From: an uncultured Crocinitomix sp. | Lineage (GTDB): Bacteria; Bacteroidota; Bacteroidia; Flavobacteriales_D; Crocinitomicaceae | Reading direction: 5' to 3' | DNA: 64,000 bases | Assembly: GCA_964415335.1 (NCBI GenBank) | Contig: CAYPZN010000006.1 | Location: 11,657 to 75,656, forward strand | Shown: piece by piece, positions 30,665 to 39,760 of the stretch | How positions within the stretch are numbered: position 1 is the first letter of the stretch | How the letters are laid out: every line of letters begins with the position of its first letter | Program-made: the position numbers and the translations under genes | The notes under the pieces: model-generated | Told to the model about the DNA's origin: nothing | Database searches by the model: none | The model's input: only the letters and a program-made list of their open reading frames with translations

Positions 30665-31222
30665 TTACAGCAGGTTATTTCTATTCTGTAAATCAATCGT
30701 GATCTCTTTAAGCAAATCTACCTTAGCGCTTTTTTCATCTTTATTATTTGCCAAGTATTCACGTAAAACAATGAGTGGCTCAAAAATTTCATCTTCAGTT
30801 AATGCGCCTTCTATATTTTCAATAATCGTAATGCATTCTAATGCGTCCATCATTTCTCCTTGCGTTGCTGCGGAAACAATTTCTTTCAAATAGGGTCTAT
30901 AATCTAATCCTGAGTTCCAAATTGAAGCCAATAAGGTTTGACGTATGGTACTAAAACGTTTATCAATAAGTGCATCCGCAATTTTTTCAGGAACTCTTGT
31001 TGATTTAATTGTGTTTAACAAATCACTAATTTCATAGCTTAGCTCTTCATTTTCTGTCGTTGACAGTTTTATTAATAGCGGTTCTATTACAGTTTCATTT
31101 CCATGAATTTTTAGCGATTTAACTGCTTTCAATTGTCGTTTAATATCTGAGTTTGATAACTCTGAAAGTAATTCTTTGACTTTCTTTTCTTTTAAGCTTT
31201 CTTTTTTAGCCATTTTTAGCAT
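30665..31222 (-). CDS. Hypothetical HEAT/armadillo-like helical repeat protein
   Basis: 185-aa ORF, all-helical with HEAT-like repeats (LKAVKSLKIHGNETVIEPLLIKL). Its stop lies 1 nt before the trmB start. A TATCTTTG -7 box (minus strand, 31231-31238) suggests the real start may be the ATG at 31213. Confidence 0.55.
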   Translation of the reverse strand: MLKMAKKESLKEKKVKELLSELSNSDIKRQLKAVKSLKIHGNETVIEPLLIKLSTTENEELSYEISDLLNTIKSTRVPEKIADALIDKRFSTIRQTLLASIWNSGLDYRPYLKEIVSAATQGEMMDALECITIIENIEGALTEDEIFEPLIVLREYLANNKDEKSAKVDLLKEITIDLQNRNNLL

Positions 31223-31263
31223 TTGATTTGCAAAGATAAGTGTTTGCTTTGTAAAGAAAAAAT

Positions 31264-31300
31264 GAGGCTCTCAAGAAAGGCATGCTTTATTGAAAGCCTC
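31264..31300 (-). terminator. Terminator hairpin downstream of rnpB
   Basis: The minus-strand RNA GAGGCUUUCAA...UUGAGAGCCUC forms an ~11-bp stem with one G:U pair, followed by AUUUUUU. Confidence 0.7.
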
Positions 31301-31304
31301 AAAA

Positions 31305-31690
31305 TACAGTAAATCTATAAGCCGGATTCTGTTTTTCAATCAAATGATTAAAAATCTTGTCATTTATCTCGTTCTAAAATCACTTTTAGAATCAATCCAT
31401 CTACCCTCCAAGATTGGCCGAGTAAGCCTCAAACCTTGGTATACATGATGTTTCAACTCATGAGGTTTACCATGCCTTTTAAATCACTTTAAAAGCGGTG
31501 AGCTCTTACCTCACCTTTTCACCTTTTCCTAATAATTCATATCCATAAGGAAATGTATTGTTAGGTAGTCTATTTTCTGTGGCACTTTCTGTTTCTATTT
31601 TATCAATAGAACCTTCCAGTTAGGAAGCATGTTACTCTGTGTTGCCCAGACTTTCCTCTATTAAAAAATAGCGACAAGACGATTTACATT
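31305..31690 (-). ncRNA. rnpB: RNase P RNA (bacterial type A)
   Basis: The minus strand contains P4 5' GAGGAAAGUCUGGGC (revcomp of 31646-31660 region), GUGCCACAGAAA, GGUGAAAAGGUGAGGUAAGAGCUCACCGC, GGUAAACCUCAUGAG, GGGUAGAUGGAUUG, and P4 3' ACAGAAUCCGGCUUAU. P1 is GUAAAUC (31681-31687) paired with GAUUUAC (31309-31315). A TATCTTTA near-consensus -7 box sits just upstream (31695-31702). The ends are approximate to within ±10 nt. Confidence 0.9.
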
Positions 31691-31739
31691 AGCATAAAGA
31701 TAATTGAAATTGAATGGATTTTAATTTCTGAAGAAAATA

Positions 31740-32822
31740 TTACTTTAATCCTGCAGCAAAAGTTCCTTCTACATTATCCAAAACAAGAGAATCTGTTTGA
31801 GAAGTATTATATAAAACAGCACCTAATTTAAACTTATAAGCAAGTAAAACGGGATCATTAGGAAGGGTTTCTTCTGAAACGGAACGAATGCTGTCCACAG
31901 AGAAAAAAGAATCATGGATATTTGATACAGCTTCTTTAGAGGTATACCATTCTCCATTTTTGTACATGGAAACAATTACATTTCCAAACCGTTGAGGAGT
32001 AAGCGCTTTATCTTCATATTTAACATCCATTCTCCAAAATTCTTTCCCTCCTTTAAATCGCATTATTTCTGTTTCTTCGGCTATATTTCCATACTCGTCC
32101 TCAACTGAGTGAACAATGCAATGAATCCCATCTTCTAGTGTCCATGTACACATATTTGTTTCATTAACCAATACATCATTAAGATACCATTTATGGGCCA
32201 TTGCTTCTCCATCTGCAGTAAGGTAAAGCATTTTATTTCCACTTTCTGAAGTAAAACTAGGATTTAAGTTTTGAGGAGCATAACCATAATTTATTGTAAA
32301 CCTATAAACTCTCTCTGGAGTATTGTGATCTGAAAATCTAACTCGAATCGGAATCAAACCGTATTCTTTTAGTTCTATTGCATTTGTTGTTAAAAAAGGA
32401 ATGCTATCGCTTTTACTAATTGACACATAACTGGTTTGATTTCCTACTCCTCCAAAATCTAAAGTAGCACTCACTTGCTCATGTACTAAATACGGCACCG
32501 TAAAGTCATTAAAAACTCTTGTTTCATTTGCTGTTTCCGGTCTTTCTTGTTGAATAAATTCAATTCTGAATTTTTCGTTTTTATTTGGTGCATCTATTTC
32601 TCCAAAATGTGTGATAAGTCCATTCTCTTCAGATAATCCATAATTTAATTTCGTCCCATCTAATCCTACACTTAAATCAACAGAATCACTATTTACATTT
32701 CCATTTAAAGTATAGATTGGTGAATTACCTTCAGGCAAATCTGGTAAAGGCTCTTTTTTACATGAAGCCAATACTGCAACGGTTACCATCACTACTATTT
32801 TCCAGCTCGTTATACGTTTCAT
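31740..32822 (-). CDS. Hypothetical lipoprotein; third gene of the ECF sigma operon
   Basis: 360-aa ORF. Signal and lipobox MVTVAVLASCKK. Its start overlaps the upstream stop (ATGA at 32819-32822). Confidence 0.6.
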   Translation of the reverse strand: MKRITSWKIVVMVTVAVLASCKKEPLPDLPEGNSPIYTLNGNVNSDSVDLSVGLDGTKLNYGLSEENGLITHFGEIDAPNKNEKFRIEFIQQERPETANETRVFNDFTVPYLVHEQVSATLDFGGVGNQTSYVSISKSDSIPFLTTNAIELKEYGLIPIRVRFSDHNTPERVYRFTINYGYAPQNLNPSFTSESGNKMLYLTADGEAMAHKWYLNDVLVNETNMCTWTLEDGIHCIVHSVEDEYGNIAEETEIMRFKGGKEFWRMDVKYEDKALTPQRFGNVIVSMYKNGEWYTSKEAVSNIHDSFFSVDSIRSVSEETLPNDPVLLAYKFKLGAVLYNTSQTDSLVLDNVEGTFAAGLK

Positions 32823-34552
32823 ATTTTTCTAAAAATGGTATATTTCAATCCGATCATAACGTTTGTTTCACGATCGAAAATACTCTGACCAAAGTTTGCG
32901 TTTTCAAAAAATAAATCGTCGGTGCGATCTAATAATCCAAAATTCCCATCCAATTGCAAAGACAATTGATTTGAGATTTTATATTCGTATCCCAAAGATA
33001 CACGAAAATCATTGTTATTGAAGCCTTCTTCAACGCCCCAATTATTATTCACTGTTCTAATTCCATCCTCTTCTGGAATGAAGTATGCTGTATTTGATTT
33101 AATTCCAACTAAACGTTCTATTCCAAAACCTAATTTTAATTTGTTTTTATCACTGAGTTTATAATGAGTTAAAAAGTTTGCGTTTGCATAAAAAATATCA
33201 GTAAACTGAACTTTACTCCAAGATCCAATTACTTTTCCTAAGTCAGTAAACGTACTTGAGCGATATTCTACACCTAGGTCTTCTATTGCCGTATGATTGA
33301 CTCCAAAACTTCCGCCAAATTCAAAATTTCTCAATTTACCAGTACCATTCATAGTGTAAGAAATCCCTCCAGAATAGCGTCTTAACAACAATCCATCTGA
33401 CAATCCATCTGACAATCCGTAATTTTGTCCTAAACCAGCACTTGCGATTAATGAAATTGAATGCGTAGGTCGTAGTTTTATCGGCTCTATTTTACTTGAT
33501 TCAATACGGTTAATTTCAGGAAAAGGAATTGCTGTTTGAATCAACGCTATATCAGACTCAATTGGTGTTAACGCATAATCAAATATTTCTTCTTGAAAGT
33601 TTTTTTCTTCCTTAACTTCCTCTTCAAGGGATGTTATTAATAATGCATTACCAATGGCATCTTTATCATCAACGTATTCTATTTGCTCTGAATCATTTTC
33701 TTTTTCATCAACAAAATTACTATTCTCTATTTCCAATTCTTGTTGATTATTTATCAGGTCATCTTCCGAATCTTGATTAGATAGCGTAATTTGATCTTCT
33801 GTTACTCTCACGTTTTGATTCAATTGAACTGCATCTTGTTCTATATTTATAACGTCTTCAATTTTATCTGAAAGATCAATCAAAGAAACTACATTGTTAT
33901 TCGCTATTTCTTGTTCATTAATTGGACTCACACTGTTAAAATTTCTTTCAACATTATCAACACCTCTATACGATTTTGTTGTTTTTATTTCGCTAATTCT
34001 AACTTGAGAAATGTTCAAGCTATTTGCTCCAACAAACGAAATTAATAAGAGGATCGCAGCAACTCCTGCCCATTTCATAAAGAAAGTGCTTCGATCTGCC
34101 TTATCTAAAAGTGATTTAGCTTCATCCCAGTAAGCTGCTTTATACTCGTAGTGTAATCCTTCTTTTTCTAGTGCAACATTTGCATCTCCCCAAAAAATCG
34201 GATTATAATTTGCTTTTACTTTTTTTGATGCAGCAAAAAACGCATCATCAATTTCCATAGTTGCTCTTGAAGCTTCTAAATCTTTCCAATGAGCGGGATC
34301 ATATGTTACTGCCATTTGAGATGAAACATCTTTAAACGCATCATCCATAAAGGCATCAGACACATCTGCAGAATCAAACTTTATTTCATCTAATGGCACG
34401 ACAGTTTCAGCAGCCAATTTAAATGCATTATCTAATGAAGCATCATCTAGTTTTGCTGCAGCTTCATTCCAAAAAGATTTGTCATAAGAGGCTTTAAACT
34501 CTTGACTCATTTTTTTGAAACTATCGTCCATATATTTATTCTCCTCTGCCAT
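32819..34552 (-). CDS. Membrane protein, putative anti-sigma factor with a beta-barrel-like C-terminal domain
   Basis: 577-aa ORF 3 nt downstream of the ECF sigma gene. The cytoplasmic N-region carries repeated ..Y(D/N)(K/P)..W..a motifs. A single TM follows (WAGVAAILLLISFVGA), then an acidic linker and a C-terminal alternating beta-pattern ending ...IGLKYTIFRKI. The anti-sigma role is inferred from position only. Confidence 0.5.
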   Translation of the reverse strand: MAEENKYMDDSFKKMSQEFKASYDKSFWNEAAAKLDDASLDNAFKLAAETVVPLDEIKFDSADVSDAFMDDAFKDVSSQMAVTYDPAHWKDLEASRATMEIDDAFFAASKKVKANYNPIFWGDANVALEKEGLHYEYKAAYWDEAKSLLDKADRSTFFMKWAGVAAILLLISFVGANSLNISQVRISEIKTTKSYRGVDNVERNFNSVSPINEQEIANNNVVSLIDLSDKIEDVINIEQDAVQLNQNVRVTEDQITLSNQDSEDDLINNQQELEIENSNFVDEKENDSEQIEYVDDKDAIGNALLITSLEEEVKEEKNFQEEIFDYALTPIESDIALIQTAIPFPEINRIESSKIEPIKLRPTHSISLIASAGLGQNYGLSDGLSDGLLLRRYSGGISYTMNGTGKLRNFEFGGSFGVNHTAIEDLGVEYRSSTFTDLGKVIGSWSKVQFTDIFYANANFLTHYKLSDKNKLKLGFGIERLVGIKSNTAYFIPEEDGIRTVNNNWGVEEGFNNNDFRVSLGYEYKISNQLSLQLDGNFGLLDRTDDLFFENANFGQSIFDRETNVMIGLKYTIFRKI

Positions 34553-34555
34553 TCC

Positions 34556-35125
34556 TTAAGCCCACATTTCTCTATTTTCTGATTGCCTTAATTTATTGAC
34601 CATTTCACGCAATAGTCTTCTTGCATTTGATAAATGCCATTTAGATGTTCCATCAGAAATTTCCAATAAATTTCCAATTTCTTTGTGTGTGTATCCATCA
34701 ATTACATAAAGATTAAATACTTTTCTTGATACTTCTGGTAGTTTTTTGAGCAAGCCCATTAAAACATCCATTTCTAATTTAGACCACACATTATTTTCAA
34801 CAGAAGTAACGTGAATTTCCAATTCTCTATCTGTTTCTTTCGCTTCTACAAGTTGAAGGTAATTTTTATTTTTTCTGAATTCGTCAATGATCGTATTCAT
34901 TGTTATTCTTCTAACCCAAGCTTCAAACGGTGTTGACTCTTTAAGTTTATCCAGGTTTTTACAGATTTTCACAAAACTCAGATTAAGAATAGCTCTTGCG
35001 TCTTCTTCATTTTTATGATAGCGCATACAAGTAGGCATTAATTTGACATAACACCATTCATATAATTTTTCTTGTGCTCGTCTGTCGTTTTTGCGACAGG
35101 CTTCTATTATTTTGTGATCAATCAT
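34556..35125 (-). CDS. ECF-type RNA polymerase sigma-70 family factor
   Basis: 189-aa ORF. Region 2 (..YEWCYVKLMPTCMRY...FEAWVRRITMNTIIDEFRK). Region 4 HTH (..VFNLYVIDGYTHKEIGNLLEISDGTSKWHLSNARRLL). Confidence 0.85.
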   Translation of the reverse strand: MIDHKIIEACRKNDRRAQEKLYEWCYVKLMPTCMRYHKNEEDARAILNLSFVKICKNLDKLKESTPFEAWVRRITMNTIIDEFRKNKNYLQLVEAKETDRELEIHVTSVENNVWSKLEMDVLMGLLKKLPEVSRKVFNLYVIDGYTHKEIGNLLEISDGTSKWHLSNARRLLREMVNKLRQSENREMWA

Positions 35126-35289
35126 ACACGTCTATTTGACAAAAGGACCAGTTGAACAAAGTCCAACTGGTCTGAATAAGTAGTTTGATTCACTTTATTA
35201 CAGCAAACCCTAACTGCAATAAACTTCTCAATCATATAACGGGAATTATTAATTTAGGGTTGGTAAAAAAACTCATTTTTTTAAAAATT

Positions 35290-35763
35290 ATGTTAAAACT
35301 ACTGATAATCAGGCATGGAAATGCGTTAAAATCAAAAAAAAATGAAGTTGATTTTGAGCGAAAATTAAGTAACAAAGGAATAACACAGGTCAATCATGTT
35401 GGTTCTGTCTTGAAAAATGAAGGATTGTTTTTGGAAAAAATTATTTCCTCTAGCGCTATTAGAACAAAAGAAACTACAGAAATTATTAATCAGTACTTAA
35501 CCATTGGAAATGTTCAATTTGAAGATAAACTTTATTTGGCTGATCGCGATCATATTTTAGATCGGATCATTAGAAACGGAAATTCAGTTAAAACGTTGTT
35601 GTTAGTTGGTCATAATTTCGGTTTAAGTGATTTCGTTAATCACCTTTCTGGTAGTAGTTTATTAATGTCTACTTCAATGCTGATCGAAATTCATTTTAAT
35701 TTTGACAATTGGGCAATGTTAAATTGGAATACTGGAGTTATTAATCGTATTATTGAACCTTAA
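35290..35763 (+). CDS. Histidine phosphatase family protein (SixA-like)
   Basis: The ATG at 35290 gives MLKLLIIRHGNA (RHG catalytic motif). Later blocks are ...SSSAIRTKETTEII and LLVGHNFGLSDF. The track ORF carries a 35-codon upstream extension. Confidence 0.7.
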   Translation: MLKLLIIRHGNALKSKKNEVDFERKLSNKGITQVNHVGSVLKNEGLFLEKIISSSAIRTKETTEIINQYLTIGNVQFEDKLYLADRDHILDRIIRNGNSVKTLLLVGHNFGLSDFVNHLSGSSLLMSTSMLIEIHFNFDNWAMLNWNTGVINRIIEP

Positions 35764-35775
35764 AATTTACTCTTT

Positions 35776-36351
35776 TTGAAAAAGATTAATACAACTGATA
35801 AAATAATTCTTGGAATTGATCCCGGAACTTCAATAATGGGGTATGGAATTATTCATGTGAAAGGCTCTAAATTAAGTTTGATCACACATGGTGTAATTCA
35901 CTTAAATAAATTAGCCACCCATCCAGACAAGTTGAAACGTATTTTTGACCGTGTTGATCAATTAATTTTATCGTATAAACCTGATGAAATGGCTATTGAA
36001 GCTCCATTTTTTGGAAAGAATGTACAATCTATGTTAAAATTGGGTCGTGCACAAGGTGTTTCGATAGCAGCAGCTTTACAACGAAGTATTCCTTTTGAAG
36101 AGTACACACCAAAAAAAATAAAGCAGTCTATAACGGGGAATGGAAATTCATCTAAAGAACAAGTTGCTGCTATGCTAATGCGTATGTTCAACATTAAAGA
36201 AGTTCCTAAATATTTGGATGCAACAGATGGTTTAGCTGCAGCGGTTTGTCATCACTTTCAAGGAGGAATTGGGGAGCATAATAAAACGAAGTCGAGTTCT
36301 TGGAAAGCTTTTCTTTCAGATAATCCTGATCGTCAAAAAAAACAGAAGTAA
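35776..36351 (+). CDS. ruvC: Crossover junction endodeoxyribonuclease RuvC
   Basis: 191-aa ORF with a TTG start. ILGIDPGTSIMGYGII..., ...MAIEAPFFGKNVQSMLKLGRAQGV..., ...GNGNSSKEQV..., ...DATDGLAAAVCH. Confidence 0.88.
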   Translation: MKKINTTDKIILGIDPGTSIMGYGIIHVKGSKLSLITHGVIHLNKLATHPDKLKRIFDRVDQLILSYKPDEMAIEAPFFGKNVQSMLKLGRAQGVSIAAALQRSIPFEEYTPKKIKQSITGNGNSSKEQVAAMLMRMFNIKEVPKYLDATDGLAAAVCHHFQGGIGEHNKTKSSSWKAFLSDNPDRQKKQK

Positions 36352-36443
36352 ACAATCTTGGTACGGCAATTGCAAATAGGGTAACTGTAAGAGAGCTCAT
36401 TTTATGCGGTCTTAAGTATTTTAATTATCTTCGAAAAAAATAA

Positions 36444-37508
36444 ATGAAAATGAAAAAATTATTCGTTGCTTTAGTATTTACTGCTTTATCTTTATCAGTA
36501 AATGCGCAAGTTGTAGAATCATATGGAGGTGGTATAGTTTCTGAAAATTCGGTTTTGGATAAAATTGACCTTAAAGAAATCGGTCGATCTATCCATGTTG
36601 CGAGCATTGAAGAAGGAAATGTTGTTGTTCGTCGTTTTTATAGAGGCAAATGGGAGGAATTTGATCCTACTCCATTAAAAGGTATTTCTAAAGTAAAAAC
36701 ACTAAAGTTGTTTGCTTATCGCGCTGTTCCATATTTATTTTGTCAATATGATGATAAAATGTCGGTAATCAGGGCAATTGGCGATAAGTGGGAATTTGTT
36801 GGAGAAGAAACTTTTGGTGAAGGTAGTGTTGTAGACCCTCAATTTTCTGTGGTTGGTGAAAATCCATTTATTTTATATAAGGACGAAGAATTTGAAGTAA
36901 TTCGAATGATTTCTTTGTTAGATGATTCTTGGTATGATGTTGATTTAGTTGCAAGCGAAGGAATCCGTTCTCATAAGTTAGCTTCAAGTGCAAGAGGGGA
37001 TCTTTTCGCTGCATTCTTAAGTGAAATTGGTATTACAATAAAAAAGGTAAATCAAACTACAGAATATGATACTTGGTCTGATCTTACTAAAAAAATAAAA
37101 TTAGAAAACATTAGTTATATTGGTGATTTTAAATTTGTTGAAAACGTAGCATACATCACTTACCCGAATGAATTAGGATCTCCAGTAATTACTTCTCTCG
37201 CTGATGGAGGAAAGAAATGGGAAACTTTAGAAGAGATGGAGACAGCTCTTGTTTTTGGAAAAAAGGATTATAATTTAAATATATCTGAATATTATTTCTT
37301 CACTTCACTGAGTGATGGAGGTATTCCTCAATTTTTGAAAAATAATAAGAAAGGAAATTGGGGAGATGTAACAGATTTGTCTGATAAAAAAGCCAAAGCA
37401 ATTGCTTCTGATGACTATAGAAATATTATTTACATTGGTTTCGTAAACAGTTCTTCGAAATTAATGGTTAAAAAAATTGAAAAGGGAGAAAATGACGAGG
37501 ACAATTAG
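36444..37508 (+). CDS. Hypothetical exported protein
   Basis: 354-aa ORF. Signal peptide MKMKKLFVALVFTALSLSVNAQ. No recognised domain. Confidence 0.55.
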   Translation: MKMKKLFVALVFTALSLSVNAQVVESYGGGIVSENSVLDKIDLKEIGRSIHVASIEEGNVVVRRFYRGKWEEFDPTPLKGISKVKTLKLFAYRAVPYLFCQYDDKMSVIRAIGDKWEFVGEETFGEGSVVDPQFSVVGENPFILYKDEEFEVIRMISLLDDSWYDVDLVASEGIRSHKLASSARGDLFAAFLSEIGITIKKVNQTTEYDTWSDLTKKIKLENISYIGDFKFVENVAYITYPNELGSPVITSLADGGKKWETLEEMETALVFGKKDYNLNISEYYFFTSLSDGGIPQFLKNNKKGNWGDVTDLSDKKAKAIASDDYRNIIYIGFVNSSSKLMVKKIEKGENDEDN

Positions 37509-37591
37509 ACTCTGACTTACTTCTTAATTAATCGCATTAAAAAAGTCGAAAATTATCATTTTCGGCTTTTTACTTTTTATTCTTTTTTTGG

Positions 37592-37981
37592 CTAAGCGTT
37601 TTTAATTTTCTCTGAAATTTCTAGAAATTCATCTTGACTTAGTACTAGTTTCTTTTCTGCAAAATTCATATCAGCCATCTGATTAATCGGAACTAAATGA
37701 ATATGAGCATGTGGAACTTCTAACCCTATTACAGTTATTCCGATTCTATCACAAGGGAATACTTTCTTAATTTTGCCAGCAATTTGTTTTGAGAAGAGTA
37801 TCATTTCACTCAACAAATTATCCTCAAGATCAAAAATATAATCTACTTCTACTTTTGGTATAACTAACGTATGTCCTTTTTGAAGTGGGGAAATATCTAA
37901 AAAGGCTAGAAATTTATCATTTTCCGCGATTTTGTGCGCGGGTATTTCTCCGCTAATAATTTTTGAAAAGATTGTACTCAT
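37592..37981 (-). CDS. HIT-family (histidine triad) protein
   Basis: 129-aa ORF. MSTIFSKIISGEIPAHKI...FLDISPLQKGHTLVIPK...PHAHIHLVP (HxHxHxx triad). Its start overlaps the greA stop by 1 nt. Confidence 0.85.
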   Translation of the reverse strand: MSTIFSKIISGEIPAHKIAENDKFLAFLDISPLQKGHTLVIPKVEVDYIFDLEDNLLSEMILFSKQIAGKIKKVFPCDRIGITVIGLEVPHAHIHLVPINQMADMNFAEKKLVLSQDEFLEISEKIKNA

Positions 37982-38454
37982 TATCTAGAGATTTCAACAA
38001 TTTCAAATTTCATAACACCATTAGGCACTTGAATATCTGCAATATCTCCAATTTCCTTTCCTAACAATCCTTTTCCAATCGGTGAATCTACTGAAATCTT
38101 TTTTGCTTTTAAATCTGCTTCATTCTCTGCAACAAGTGTATAGGTAACTTCCATCCCATTGTCTACATTTTTGATTTTTACTTTACTTAAAATCAATGCT
38201 TTTGAATTATCAAGGTCAGAGTCATCCAATACACGTGCATTTGATAATGAAGTCTCAAGTTTACTTATTTTTGCTTCTAGCAAGCCTTGTGCTTCTTTTG
38301 CGGCATCATATTCAGCATTCTCTGAAAGGTCACCCTTATCTCTTGCTTCAGCAATTTGCTCAGAAATACTTGGTCTTTCCACCGTTTTCATGTGATTTAA
38401 TTCTGCCTTAAGTTTATCTAACCCCTCTTTTGTATAGTAATTTATATTTGACAT
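37981..38454 (-). CDS. greA: Transcription elongation factor GreA
   Basis: The ATG at 38452-38454 (M20 of the track ORF) gives MSNINYYTKEGLDKLKAELNHMKTVERPSISEQIAEARDKGDLSENAEYDAAKEAQ..., ending ...SPIGKGLLGKEIGDIADIQVPNG. Confidence 0.92.
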   Translation of the reverse strand: MSNINYYTKEGLDKLKAELNHMKTVERPSISEQIAEARDKGDLSENAEYDAAKEAQGLLEAKISKLETSLSNARVLDDSDLDNSKALILSKVKIKNVDNGMEVTYTLVAENEADLKAKKISVDSPIGKGLLGKEIGDIADIQVPNGVMKFEIVEISR

Positions 38455-38508
38455 AACTTGTGTATTTAAACATAACAAGAGAGCCTTATTCAAAGCTCTC
38501 TTGAGTAA

Positions 38509-38516
38509 CAAATATA
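38509..38516 (-). promoter_or_regulatory. TAnnTTTG -7 promoter box upstream of greA
   Basis: The minus strand reads TATATTTG, about 55 nt upstream of the greA ATG. Confidence 0.45.
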
Positions 38517-38574
38517 TTAAAAAAATTTACTTTTTCCTATAGATAATATTTGCAATCAATTGGTTAACACTGTA

Positions 38575-38610
38575 AATAAAAAAACCAGCAAAGTGATACT
38601 TTGCTGGTTT
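38575..38610 (-). terminator. Rho-independent terminator of the 47684-38654 operon
   Basis: CCAGCAAAG (38585-38593) pairs with CTTTGCTGG (38599-38607). On the minus-strand RNA a U-run of at least 7 follows. A second perfect palindrome, GATGAATTAGGAA/TTCCTAATTCATC (38621-38648), lies between it and the stop codon. Confidence 0.75.
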
Positions 38611-38653
38611 TAAAATTCTGATGAATTAGGAATTTCCTAATTCATCAAGTCTT

Positions 38654-39733
38654 CTATTTAATTTCAATTGATAGTCCAATTGAATGTACTCCATTAAATA
38701 ATCTTGTTTGACGGTATGCATACTGAATTCCAAGTAAACTTTTGCTTTTTCCAGCAATTGCATCTACAGAAACACCAGCAGTTAATCCGCTTAAGGCAGT
38801 AACTCTTGATCCAAAATCGAATTCATCAGAGAATAACCCTTGTTCATAAACATAACCAGCCATCAAATTAAATTTTGCTTTTTCTAACTCCATTCCATAG
38901 TTCAATCCTATTCTGAACTGATCATTTGAGAAAGAGTTTGCAGAGAAAGCAAGCGCTAAGATTAATTTATTTGTTTCAGTGAAGTTAAAATCATAAGAAC
39001 CTCCAATTGACAATAAAGATGGTAATTCAAATGTAGCAGAACGTTGCTCTAATGTAGCTACATCTCCTGAATTAGGATACTGTACTTGAAAACTTAATCC
39101 ATCTCCTTGGAAATTGATTGTAGGACCAACGTTTTTAAGAGCAATACCAAATTTTACTTGATCTTCTTCTCCTGTAACGTATCTAATTCCTGCATCAACA
39201 GCTACTCCTGTACCTCTGATATCAGCAATTGATTCAGAAATTACTTTGAAGTTAATTCCACCATAAATAGAGTTTGAAAATTCTCTTGCATATCCAATAT
39301 TAAAGTTTGAATATGTTGGAGAAAATGTTCCATTTCCACCTTCTGGTAAATTTTCTGTTGTAATATCAATTTCACCAAAGTTCATTGCCATTACTGTTAC
39401 AGAAATAACACCACTTTCGGAAACTCTTTGGGCTAAACCAGCAGAGTTAATGTTAATCCCTGATCCACCTAACCAGTTAGTACGGTCAAAGCGAACCTGC
39501 GTTTTATCCGTAAAAGCTAATCCAGCAATGTTCGTATAAACTGCATCTAGACCAGTTGCGCTAGAAATTCCAGCATCCGCCCAAGCAGCACTTCTTGCCC
39601 AAGGGTTAATTAATAATTCTGTAGCTCCAGCGGAACCAACTCTATCACCATTTCCAGCGAAAGAAGTTGTCCCTAGGCTCAATGCCATACTAGCTAAAAC
39701 TGTTTTTCTAATTAATTTATTTAATCTCATCAT
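38654..39733 (-). CDS. PorV/PorQ-family-like outer-membrane beta-barrel protein
   Basis: 359-aa ORF. Signal peptide, then GSAGATELLINPWARSAAWADAGISSATGLDAVYTNIAGLAF. This resembles the PorV/PorQ N-terminal signature (..fL.i...aRaaamGgAgvA......NPAgla). The barrel ends ...HSIGLSIEIK. It starts 27 nt after the upstream gene's stop. Confidence 0.65.
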   Translation of the reverse strand: MMRLNKLIRKTVLASMALSLGTTSFAGNGDRVGSAGATELLINPWARSAAWADAGISSATGLDAVYTNIAGLAFTDKTQVRFDRTNWLGGSGININSAGLAQRVSESGVISVTVMAMNFGEIDITTENLPEGGNGTFSPTYSNFNIGYAREFSNSIYGGINFKVISESIADIRGTGVAVDAGIRYVTGEEDQVKFGIALKNVGPTINFQGDGLSFQVQYPNSGDVATLEQRSATFELPSLLSIGGSYDFNFTETNKLILALAFSANSFSNDQFRIGLNYGMELEKAKFNLMAGYVYEQGLFSDEFDFGSRVTALSGLTAGVSVDAIAGKSKSLLGIQYAYRQTRLFNGVHSIGLSIEIK

Positions 39734-39760
39734 TGAGTGAATTTCAAATTAATACTAATC

